Below are positions 37,900-50,337 of a DNA stretch of 64,000 bases, piece after piece; positions within the stretch are counted from its first letter, which is position 1; each line of letters starts with the position of its first letter. The notes under the pieces are model-generated. The model did not search any database, had not been told where the DNA came from, and saw only the letters and a program-made list of their open reading frames with translations. The DNA is from Flectonema sp. DT1601 (Eukaryota). The stretch lies in the NCBI GenBank assembly GCA_964019425.1, contig OZ025790.1:248001-312000 (forward strand), in the 5' to 3' direction. The position numbers and the translations under genes are program-made.

Positions 37900-40800
37900 T
37901 TAAGGATCTGAACACAGCATGGTGCCAACGTGCCCAGATATGACATGTCTTCCTGATGCCCAGGCACCCCAAGAAGGAGCCTCTGGTGGTATCTCAATGA
38001 TCCCAGCTCCTAGTTTACCATTATAAACAATACCACAATCAAAACGGATTTCTGTGAGTCCGTTGGTACCTTCAGAAGCTACTTTAGTGATAGCTCCTTT
38101 CTCTCCAGGATAGATTTTTCTGCCACTTTTTAATTCAATTTGACGAGTGCAACAGACTCTAGTTGGGTCAATCATTTTTGATGGAAAGGTACCATCACTG
38201 GCATATTTAAGAATACTGCAGTACCTCGATAATAATAATGATCTTGTTAGTTGTGGGGACGCGTAGCTAAAAGTTCGAGTGTCACCATCTCCGTGTCTTT
38301 TTGGTGTTCTTCTGAATTCCTGTGATGCAGACAAACAGGCGTCTCGTATCATATTCGGTAGCAACGATGTTGGAATCACCTGTTTTTTTTTTTTTTTTTA
38401 ATCGAGAAAAATCGATAAAACCTTTTGGCGGAATGAACCAACAGAAACGATATATAAAATGGCTTGCGACACCTTTGCTCTTTTTTAGTATAAAATCTTG
38501 CAGACAGTATTCTTAGTAAGAAAAAGAGTGTACAGACACACAAAGAATCAATACATACCATTCCATCGAGAAGTGGAGGATGCCACACCACCGGATCAAA
38601 GAAATCAGTTTCTGGTCGTTTCGTTCTTCCTGCCCATCGCTCATTATCAACAGGAAGAACAATACGAACAGAAGCGAGATCATTAGGAAGAGGTTGAACT
38701 ATGAAGTCTAGTGTTTTGGATCTTTGAGGAATCCAGGGAGGGATTTGTGTTTTTAGTTCTGATAAAGCCTCCGAGTCGAGAGCTGAGGGATTGAATTCCC
38801 GTCTAGTATCATTCCAAATGATCCTGACAGGGGTTCGATCTTCCCACTTTACCTGTTCATCCGCAGTGGTTGATGAGAATCCAGCAGGCGTTGCAGAAAG
38901 TGCACACCAAACAGCTTCATTTAGTTGATCAGCGTAGTAGTGGAGACGTTGTCGTCTCCAGCGATCTCCAGCAGGTCCACCTCCTCCTCCAGTGTATTCT
39001 TCTACAGTGCTGCCAGGGTCTATTGGATTTCCTAACTCGCTAATAAAAGATCGAAAGTCAGGTAACGTCCGTAGCTTGCAAGCGATTTCATCTGAAGGTG
39101 GAGAACTCTTATTTAAATACCATTCAACTCCTTCATCGTGAAGTACCTCAGTACCATCTTCATCGTGTAGGAATACAGCAAGAAACCTATGAACCGATCG
39201 ATGAGGGGTGGCGTCAAGCATTTTTATCGCAGATTTTAACTCATTACTGTCTTCTAACTCAACAATGCGAGTGCTGTCTCTTCCGAGAAGCTGAAGGTGT
39301 GAAAGCAATAGACGGGCTTGTTCTGGAACATGTTGAGCAGCACTACTGACTGATCTCTTCGCAGCAGTAAATGTTTCCGTTGCTTTAACAGGTGAAGGGA
39401 TCTGTTGAGAATCACTGCTAGTGTTGTTTATCTTATCATCGACATCGTTTGCTGTTAGCTCACCGACTGTAACACCGAGTTCCTTACCCAACAATAATTC
39501 CAGTGACGGTGGACACTTCTCACCGGAAGTATCATTTTGCCGTCCAGGTCCTACTGAAATCCCGTGTCTCCGCTGTTTAAAAACAGATGACGAGTTCGAT
39601 CCCGGAACCCCATCGCTTTCCGTCGGTAATTTATCAAATCTTTGAACCGCATCCCAAACATGTCTTCCAAATGGATCTCTCACGATAATTGTAACACCAC
39701 TACCGCTGTTTGATTTATCAAGGCTGTCGTCAGTGTAACTGTGACTTATAAAAGTACACAATTTAGTACCGTCTAAGGCGAAGTATCGAGATTTTGATGT
39801 TTCCTCAGGAAAGCAAGCTTCCGTAATGTGGGATGGTTGTCGTTTTTTTATTCTCGTTGAATCTGATAATGAATCAACGTGATGTGCGTTATTATAATTT
39901 GAATTTTGGTTATCAGGAGCGACCATTGTCGTCCAAAACATTCTCAGAGCAGATGACGATGTCAGGGTGCTGACGCTATGAACTGAGCAGCACATTTCAA
40001 TCAGAGATAGTAAAAGTTTCATGACTTGAGAATCAGTTTTAATTTCTCGATCTTTTAACAAACAAAGTGTAATTGTCGTAATCGCTGAATCGCATACTCT
40101 GGAGACGTCTTCTTCTTCAAATTCTTTTCCAGAATGCCCATTCAAGTTTAAGACAAACCGACATAACGCTGTCACCACTTCCTTCTTTGGAGTGTCATCC
40201 GAACAAATATCAAAGTACACCTGCACAATACTATGTTCGATATATCTAATTGCTGATATGTACAAAGGGAGCAATGAAGATACATTTTTCGCTTCGGATT
40301 TCCCAGGCAATTGAACTTCATCTAAGAAACCTAATATTTCACTTAAGAAAAACTCTACGGTCTCGACAACAGATTGAGCAGTGATGCATAAAGGGTCACT
40401 ATTCCCCGATGATTTGTCTTTTTTATTTCGAAGGGAGATAATTGGGGTTTGACCTTCGTTGTATATTTTATTTAAATAATACGAAGTCCACAACCCACAC
40501 AACTGAATAGTCACAACCAACACAGATGGTGTCCTCTCATACAATAAAGATCTTAGTAGTATGGATCTAATAGCACTGTGGGATGCGACAGGTATTGGGT
40601 TCCAACATAGTACTGATCCTAACATTAGTAGTGCAGGTACGAAAGTTGATTTATTAGTTAGTGTTGCTGTTGTGGTAGTTGTTGTTGTCGTTGTTGGTGT
40701 AGTTTGATTAAGTTCATCATCCGTATCGTAGTCTTCAACGTGAAGAGGTATACTGGTTTTTGAATTTTGTTTATATTTCTTATCTAATGAGAAATTGTTG

Positions 40801-42554
40801 CTTTCTGGATATCTCAAAACCAAATCAACAACGCGAACAACTATCGGAATTAAAGAACTAACTCCTGCATTATCAAAACTGAACATAAACCTGCACGAGT
40901 GGACAAAAGCCTCAGCTCCGTTGAAATCGTTACTTCTACTTGAGAATCGTTGCTCTTGATCTTCTCCCGGATCGTTCAGTATGTGTGTTGCAACTCTCTT
41001 TACAGCTTGATAAAAAATATCAATTCCAACAGGTGGTTTTATATGAGGTCTTAAATACACATCACACAAAGCTGACAACGCTACAGAACGCGCTGCTGCT
41101 GCTTCTTCTTTATTCACACTGGAACTCGGTCCGCAAAAGATACTTTCCATTAAACATTTACCAACCAAATCCATTACAGATTCAGCACTTGGACTGGGTC
41201 CAGGTATTAGTAAGCCGTGGGTGTATGTAGCTGACTTGTGTTTTGGGTGACTTCCTGCAACCATGCTGGCAAAGATTCTGTCTGCCCCAATACAACCCCA
41301 TCCGCGACACAAAAGGATAGTTAATGTACGTATGCCAAGCATTGCTTGATGAAACACTTTACAGTTTGTGAAGGAAGTCACACTTCCAATCATAGGAATG
41401 ATTCTTATCCAGACAGTTAGAGCATGAGTAACTGGCGTGTCTTGAAGTTCAGTAAACTTTCGAAAACCCTTCGGAATTGCTTCCCAAGCAATTGTAATAT
41501 TAGTGACAGAGTCTTTACTTTCTGGAACACAATTAGTTGTTGGAACTGTTCCTGTTCTAGTTGTTAATAAGAAAGGCTGAATACTAATAGTCAAAGCCTT
41601 CACAACAGCTGACCATTGTCTTATCATTGGAAGTGAGTGAGACCATCTTGGAACGAATTCAGAAACAGTAACCCAAATATCATCTTTTAGTAAGCGACTC
41701 CTCAATAAAACTCCTAACAAGACAGACATAGAAACATACATCAGTTCTGGCATTCCTCGAGTCTCCCTCTTGGTTGGTGATTGGTGAGAGTAGTCTTCAC
41801 TGAAATTGCTGCTGCTATTATTTCCACTTCTCTGAGGTGGTCCAGTGTAGTCGATAATTCCAAGTAGAACTCTTATCAAAGTGTCCCAGTTGTTTGCAGT
41901 CATCTCTATTAGGGAATGACGTACATTTGAAATTCGTAATCCTCGGGTTCCGATGTTTGGAAATTTCACCATTACTCGGTCCTCTGAATTAAGGAAGTTA
42001 AGAACGCGTCCTTTTTTGTAATTTAAATTTGTGAAATCCGGATTCTGAAGACCGACAGCTTCAACAATCGTACCAACAGCGATAGGTGTTGGTGGAGGCG
42101 TTCGATGATGATCAAGCTGAGTGAAGATTTCAAGAACTTTTACACAAAGCTGAATATGCACATCACGATCTTGTTGAGTGTGAACAACATGTCCTTTAAA
42201 CAACAACGACATATGCCGCGATATTTCATTCAACGTATAAGCTAAATTCTGTTGCACCACTGCCGGACGCCTCTCAGGCTGCAATGCCCATATTTTATAT
42301 AAAGTAATTGTTTTTCCAATTACATCTTCACAGTTGGGCAATGGCAATGAGAAAGCTCCACCTGTACATTCCAACGTCCATTTTAAGTGTGCGAAGTCAG
42401 TAATAGTTGCACAAGCTGCATTGTAGTCTTTGTTATAAAACAACACAACCTGTTCAATAACTACCTTTCTAACAGCGAGAGGATACCCCAGAAGTACACC
42501 GGTGTCGGATCGTTGGCTTAGCAACCCTGCTTGCGTGATCCATTCCAAGTTCAT
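37900..42554 (-). CDS. RALGAPB: Ral GTPase-activating protein beta-subunit-like protein (C-terminal Rap-GAP-like domain); exons 42554-38559, 38379-37900
   Basis: Starts MNLEW after a pyrimidine tract and CAACAG (42571). C-terminal motifs LDATPHRSVH, FISELG, YYADQLNE, VRIIWND, IVQPL and spliced PPLLDGM/VIPTSLLPNMIR resemble RalGAPB. 179-nt intron ATG|GTATGT...poly-A CAG. Confidence 0.72.
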
Positions 42555-44555
42555 TTCATTATAAGGCAGTCTGTTGAGGAGATTAAAAAGAAATGACAAA
42601 AAAACGAAAATTACATCCAATCGAGCTAGAAAAAGGGTTTTTTTTTTTTTTTTTTTTTTTTTTTTGGAAGAAAAAAAAAGAGAGTTTTTCTTTAACCCTT
42701 AAAATATTATTTTTTTGGCTAAGTAGGCGAGATCACCATTACAGCAGAGCAGTGCTGTCCAACTTTAAACGAAGGCTCAGATGCAATCTACGTTTGTATG
42801 TTTGCTGTTGAAAAAAACAAGAAAAAAAGAAAAAAAAAGAAGAAGAGGAAAAGAGTGTGATAATAATAATAAATTACGGTGACAACGAACCTCATAATCA
42901 GAAATAGAGAAAAAAAAAAAAGAAGAACGTCATGGCATCAGTTTTCAATCAGATGGCTCTTGAAAGATAACAATTTGAACTCTCTAATATACTTGAGTAG
43001 CATGACACTTATTAATGTTTTGTTTGTGTCACGAAAATCCCGTTGAACCGACTTATGAAGAATAAAATATATCACCTTTGCCAGTTTAACAAGAAACTAT
43101 AACCAAACACACATGTCGCTACTAAATTAATAGGTAAAATTATTTAAAGAGTTCAGGTCACTGAATCCAACAAGCCACCGAGACCAGTTTAAAAATGGAC
43201 CTTGTTTGTTTGTTTGTTTGTTTGTTTGTTTTTGAAGCCTTGAGGTAGGTAGAAAAAGAAGTCTACTCACACATTACATATTGCGCATCGCTGATACAGC
43301 AAACTATGAGGCATCGGGTAAACTCCATAGAGCCACGAGGCAACAGCAATGTAAGTAGACCTAAAATAGTATAGATTAGGCTGACAGGGCATTCTGAACA
43401 CACCGTGTCATCACCAGCTTTCTATCTCATCATATTGTAGATTGAAGTTACCGATGAGTTACGGAGTGAACAACGCAAGAAATATTACATTACAAGGTCA
43501 ACAAAAAATAATAATATAGGAAAGAAGGAAAACATAGAAACAGGAATTCACGGCTTACAACATTTATCTTTATTTTATTTTATATATCGAAGTCAGGGGG
43601 GGGTGCCAGTCATTCGAATTGACAAAAAGAAAAGAAACTTCAAGGCAGTGATACACCCGAGTGACTACTACTACACACATGCAAGGTCGTCAAAGAGAGG
43701 AACTTGGTTCACTCATCTGACAACGACTATAACTACTACTTAACAACCATATCATACTTGAGGTACAAAATAACTGACGAAGATAAGACTCAAAGAGCCT
43801 TTAAATAGTTACTTTATAAACTCACGATTGATATATAGTGTGTGAGAATAACTCACAGAGATAATTCATAATCCTTTCTAAAGACTCATCAGAAGAGGGA
43901 GAGAGATATGAATATTTATAGTAATCACAGAAAGTAAACTTTCAGCTAATTTAACAAAAACAGATAACGTGTGGGATCCCAATGATCAATCACAAGAAAA
44001 CATGTTGACGGTTATTTATTTAATCCAACATTGCTGTATACTCTTGGGAGGTAACTCACAGCAACAAAGGACCCAAACCGTAGCCGTTTCCTTGTCGGCT
44101 AACAAGTTTTTTTGAATCTCAAACGAAAGTTCTTTTTAATTTGTTGTTGTTGTTGTTGTTTTTAGAAAACCCCTAATTCCACACAGAGATAGTAAACATC
44201 GACAGCTCCACACACCAGGTTTTGTAAAGTTTTTATAGAAGACGCGGACTTGCGAAGGTTAAAAGCGTCTTCAGAAGCACATCAACTTCGATTCACAAAT
44301 GTGGATCGCTGACACATTCGTGCAACGGGTGACGAGGTTTTCACAGGCATGCTATTCTTTGCATGCACTCAATGAGAACACCATCAAGACCTGAAGCACA
44401 ACCTATGGTAATTTGTGTGGAGCTGGCAGTTTTTTTTAAACTTTGCGCTGAATTCCAGTATGTGAATCAGGTTTTCTGCCTTCTTTTTTTTTTTTTTTTT
44501 TTTGAGCGTTCATTGTAGATTGGGTACTACAATTTTACCAAAAAAAAAAAAAAAA

Positions 44556-44586
<31 letters not shown>

Positions 44587-46510
44587 AAATAGAAAGTTTC
44601 ACTACACAAAAAACAAAAAAAAACGAAGAAAGGTAACGCGTGGCGAAGATAGATAGAGAATTAGAAACCTAACACGAATAGAACAACAGCAAATTAAGTG
44701 ATCAGAGAAAAAAGAAAAGAAAAAACTATTTCCTTTTATTATTATTATTATTATAATTATTTATTATTATTTTTTCCTTCCTTTTTAATTAACATCAAAT
44801 ATAACTTCGAGGCCGACTAAATAGAAGGGAGTGAAAATATACTTTTTCTAAGAAATACATACCTGTACCCTTAAGATACATAGATAAATAGGTCAATCAC
44901 ATCGTGAACTTGACAGTAAGCTACGGAGCATCGGAGCAAGCCCCATGGAACTACCACGAGTTAAACAATAATATAAGTTAGGGGTATAAGTATGGTGGTG
45001 ATAGAACAGAAAAAGGAAGGCGAGGGGGAAAGTAAATAAATCATACACAGAATACATATCTAGAAAGAAAAGAGTACTACTGCTTCATAAAACGACAAAA
45101 AAAAAAAAAAAAAAAAACAGAAATCGGACACCACCATCAAAGACTGCTACTGCTACTGAGAGGATTCTTATAAAAAAAACCATTCCATTTTTTTAATCAT
45201 CCCGATATAGCAATCAAGAAATATCATAAAAATCTTTGTGAGGTGTGTGACATGATACGTGACATACGCTATACTACTACTCAACAATAAGGGTAGAGCA
45301 GCCGTGCTAACTTTTTCTATTATGAAAGTCTGCGTTGAAAAACCCCCCCAGTTAGCAGATGTCACCATTCTTTTTTTTTTTTTTTTTTTTTTTGGAAAAA
45401 CATAAAGTGGGGGAAAGGAAAAAAAAAAAAAAAAAAAAACGAGCTATGATGTACAAAAACTACTTGAATATAACGTCTTACGAAGGGATCATGAATTGAA
45501 GCCAAGATAGTGCCAAAAGATAAAGAAAGGGGTTCACAGGAGGATTAACTGCTTCACAGCTACCACGGTGATACCCAAAACTTGACTTTTGAATACTAAA
45601 CAACATCGGTAGCTGATTAGAGACTTAGACCAGAATTAAAATCCCACAAAAAGACCACTTCAGTAAATCTCTTTTAAAGCTCCGCAGTGGTACAGAAGGA
45701 AGGGAGAAAAAAAAGGGGGGGGGGAAAAAGTACTCTTCGTGGGAACAATCCCACTCTCATCTCAATAAAAAAAATTAAAGAGAGTTTTTTACTAAAAGAG
45801 TTCTTTTGTAAGAAAAACGATTAAACAACACACAATACAGACATGGGTAACAGTTTTAACACCCAAACACTACTGAAAAGTATGAATTACTCTACAAAGA
45901 GGTAACTCACAGCGACAGAGGACTCAATCCACTGTCGTTATCCAACGAATCAGTAATGATGAATGTAATTCAGTTTATAGAAGTCAGAAGAAGATAATAG
46001 CTTTTCAGCTTTCCTTAATTAGGACAATCTTTCTTTTGAACAAAGTGTGTTGACTGATAAATGGGGAAGAAAAAAAACACTTCTATCTTGCCAATGTCGT
46101 AAAAAGATATCCACGGAACCACAATAAAGTTATATAATTGTAAGCCTTGCAGCGAAACAAAAACAAAAGTTTACAACGTAAGTAACATAGCAGAGTGCAA
46201 GGCCTTAAGTATCTTTTTTTGTTTTTTGCTTTGTTTTTGCTAGTTCTTAATCATACCACTAGCAGAGCACTCACACTCACCTTAAAATAAATCAAAGTAG
46301 GCAGTTTTTTTTTTTTTTTTTTTTTTTTTTCAAGTGAAGGGTTGTGTAGTGAACGAATCGTTTAATTTTATAATAAAAAATAATAAAAAATAATAAAAAA
46401 AAACACCAACAAGTACCGTACTGCATCATAACATTAAAAAAAAACAAGAAAAAACTGATACTTAAACAACTTGTTAAAGATACAGCGAAACATGGCAATT
46501 TTTTTCTTCT

Positions 46511-46636
46511 TTTTGAAATAACTATTTAGCGTTTCGAGAGTAATCCATATACCCCCTCTTTACATCTATTCTCTCATCATCAGTATTTGTGGTGTAGAAG
46601 TGGTGTAGAAGTCAGTCAGTCAGACTGAATCAGCAC
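46511..46636. repeat. Dispersed repeat family C, copy 2 (diverged relatives near 18090-18172 and 5622-5660)
   Basis: Near-identical ~65-nt core with the 30795 copy. Confidence 0.8.
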
Positions 46637-47132
46637 TAAATACTAAGTCAGGAGTGTAGTAACTTTTTAATTGAAAAATTTATTTTTATCGAAGTTTTTT
46701 TTTGAGGGGAAAAGAAGACAAATAAAGAACACTGCAGTACCGTATGAGTAGACAACAATGAGATTTGTCATGGATACTTGTGATTGCAAATGTTTTGATT
46801 ATTGCAAGCAAAGGAATTAAAAAGAGAGGGAAAACAGAACAAAGTAAACCTGATTCGGGACACAAAAACATATTTAATTTTTTTTTTTTTCATTTTTTTT
46901 TTTTTTCCCTCTGAGGACCACCATCCCACAAACAAAAAAAAAAAAAATTAAAAAAAAATAAAAAATCTCATGATTTTTGCTACCGCATCTAGGTTATAGG
47001 GAGGGAACAAAAAGATCAAACTTGTCAACAACAACAACAATAGATACGAATCCGTGTAGTTTTCGTAGAATACGTTTTCCACGAAGTCTTTTTGTGTGAT
47101 ATCCGTCGATCTTTGAGAAACAATTTAAAAAA

Positions 47133-47263
47133 ACCATTCAGATTAGCCTTATGTTTCGTTGAACGCAAACAGAATCCTGTCGGACAGGGAAATAAGTCAT
47201 ACGACCATATAAGAAATAAACGGCTTTCAATCTGAATAGTTTCTTCACCGGCTATGTCGGTAC
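47133..47263 (+). repeat. Structured dispersed element family B, copy 4
   Basis: Same termini; ATTCAGATT/AATCTGAAT inverted repeat and 3' hairpin ACCGGC-TAT-GTCGGT. Confidence 0.85.
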
Positions 47264-48555
47264 AAAGAAAAAACCAGTGAGGAAAATTTTAAAATAATAA
47301 AAAATGATCTTTGGATTCGCAAATTGATAAGACAGCCGACAATAGAAGCGATTACGAATTTAGATTTAACGAGCGCATCGCTACAGAACGGAATGGTTCA
47401 TTGGTATGACTCACTGTCCTATTAATTTGGTGGATCGAAGATTCCAAGAAAAAGAAATTTTAAAACTTTTGTTTCGCACAAGGTATTTCTTTGGCATCAA
47501 TAAAAAAAAATTTAAAAAAATATAATAAAAACAGACATCGACCATACTGCTAACGGACGATTCAATCATACTCCAAAACGACTCAATGAGAGGGACTGCT
47601 GCCGTTAAGCAATTCATGTCCATAGCGCTCCTTTAGGATCAATGGATAAAGTAAACAGTAATAAAGTAGAAAAAGAAAGGGAAAATATAAATCAGAAAGT
47701 CGTGAACTTCCTGCCTGTTAAGAGAACTAGGAAGCTGTCCATAACATCTAAATACAAAAGACGACGGAGCAACCCTTTTGAATGTATCACTAAAAAAATA
47801 CTAAGAAAGCAACCACTACAAACACTGTTAGGAAGACAGAAGAAGGCGTGTGATGTTTGGTTTGGTTTACTTTTTTTTTTTTTTTTTTTAATCCCGTGGA
47901 CAAACTGCTTACAGGAAAAGCAGTCGTAGCCACGAGTAAGAAAAGAAGAAGAAACAAACGAAAGAAAAAAGTAAAGGGATAAAAAAAAAAAAGGAAACAG
48001 GTATCCTTACTCATAGGCAATTAATAATAAGTAGATCGCAGCAGAAAGGAGGAGATGAAGGAATCTCCCAAAAGTACGATGTAAAACCAGGGAGCTTTTC
48101 TCCGGCCAATCGATTTTACTTTCCTTTCTTTTTTTTTTCTTTTTTTTTTGTTGTTTTTTTTTTTTTTTCACTTCTGTTCCATGCTGACAACAAGAACCAA
48201 AAACCCGCGACATTTCGCAGCCGACGATAAAAAAACAACACTCACATTTTGTAGTTCAACACCAAAAAAAGTTTATAAAAAATAAAAAAAGGTTAAGGAA
48301 AACAGTTTAGGAAAAAAGAAAACACAAAAAAGGAAATACATTTTTTTTTGTCTTATTGACTGGTAATTCGGGGAACTCGCACTATCAGGTTGAGCGTCCC
48401 ATGACCTGTAGTTCGTTACAACTTAACACCAAAAACAAGGTTCAGAAAAAAAAGAAGAAAAATAATTCTAACTGGAGCCAGTTCGCAACATTACTGGCAA
48501 ACAAGACAAAAAAAAAAAAAAAAAAAAAAAAAAGAGGGAAATAATTTCAATATAT

Positions 48556-50337
48556 GAGGACATGTCAAAAGTCTGGTACCGTTTTGGTCAACGGTAAACT
48601 GTGGGCATGTACAACTCAATCGAGACCCAACCCCGTCTGAAACATGCCCCAAAAAATTCAATTCCGGGTGTGGGATCTCACTTTACTCGTAATACTTGTA
48701 TAAAAAAAAAAAAAATCCTGCATTTTTTGCTTGTGGCTTACAGAGAACTGGCTTGTGGCTACAGAGAAACCCAAATATTACATATGCAGCCTTGCCAAAA
48801 GTATCATCCCCCAAATCTATATTCTAATATTTCATTATAAAAATAAATGGAATTATCGGTAAAAATAATACTTTTAACGTGAAAATTATTATTAGTTTTT
48901 AGCACCACGTTCTACACTTTTTGCACTTCCTTTGGACGTAGTCACATTCTGATCGAAAGCCCTGAGTAGAACCCTTGGAAGAGTTACCATCAGTTTTGAG
49001 TTGATTTGTTTGCGTCAAAAAAAACTCAATTTGTCGAGTCTCATTGTGCAACTTGAAATGCATAGTTATACCCAAACTGTACTTCTCCTGCTGCTAATAA
49101 TGTGATGATGACTCTTGTGGTAAGGAGTCTTCTCCTTAGGTACCTGTGGCAAGGTACTGAAGGAGAAGACTCCTTATAATCAAGTTTTATAATTAAATCA
49201 TCTCCGTATCAGAAGTGTTTTCTGAATAGACTGCATTCTGTCTCTTAAACTCTTCTACATGATAATGAACCTCAACAAGTCTGTTGTATCATTATAATGA
49301 GATGGCAGCTGGTCGTACACCAGCTGCTATGGCTGGTAAGCCCCCCTTACTGGACACTATTGTCAGCACACTGGCATGTGCAGCATTCCAAACGGTTAAT
49401 GAACAGTTACTGAGTAACCATTCTGTCACTCAACACTTGCTAAGTAGTTTTGACAGTTTCTTTCTAATTGTCTGTCCACACGGCAGTAGGAGCAGACATC
49501 AGTTCACAGCGCAAGGTGATGATATTCATTCCCACGCATACGATGGTATGTAGATTCTGATATCAGATTTCGAATACTGCTGACTTTATAGATAGATTTA
49601 AATGTCCCCCAAGGACACCCTGCAACGTAACAGTGTCACCTCGTTGACTTTTCGATACCATTGAAGTCGGGCGAGGCTGCCTTGAGCTCGTTCTCACTTG
49701 ACTGCACAACTTCAGGAAGATCTTCATTGGTTCTTATACTTATGGGCACGTGGATTCTAGCATCCCAGGCCTTTCTGCCTATTTTTAGCCCAGCTTCCTC
49801 TAGAAAGCTTAACTTCCATCCTATTCTTCTAGACACTTCTCGCCTGTCACCCGTTTCCATGCTCACAATTGTTTCATTTACTACTGAAAGGACAATTGAC
49901 ACCATTCCACAGCACTGCTATTCCCACAACCCTCACGGGGCATAGCAGTAACATCACCACCCCCAGAAAGGCATTCTAGCAGTTTTGCATGTTTACCTTC
50001 CAAGGTTTTTGAACTCCCATTGGACTCTTTCCTGTCACTCCACTTCGGAGGGTCTCCCATCTTGTCAATCAGTAATTGCAGTTGCTCAATTATCGCTTTT
50101 GTGGTCATATTTTGCTTTTGTTATGCTTGGGGCTCTCTGTAACAGCTTTGTTACCGGCTACAAGCAAAAAATGCAGGAATTTTTTTTTTTTTTACAAGTA
50201 TTACGAGTAAAGTGAGATCCCACACCCGGAATTGAATTTTTTGGGGCATGTTTCAGACGGGGTTGGGTCTCGATTGAGTTGTACATGCCCACAGTTTACC
50301 GTTGACCAAAACGGTACCAGACTTTTGACATCCACTC
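48556..50337 (-). mobile_element. Decayed DNA transposon with long TIRs, Sola2-like (1782 bp)
   Basis: ~175-bp near-perfect inverted repeats (about 48556-48735 and 50157-50337), termini GAG...CTC, ATAT on both flanks. Interrupted minus-strand frame from ATG 50108 contains ISESTYHR..TDVCSYC, HVEEFKRQNAVY, LIIKLDYKE and PQE..Y..LG. Confidence 0.8.
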
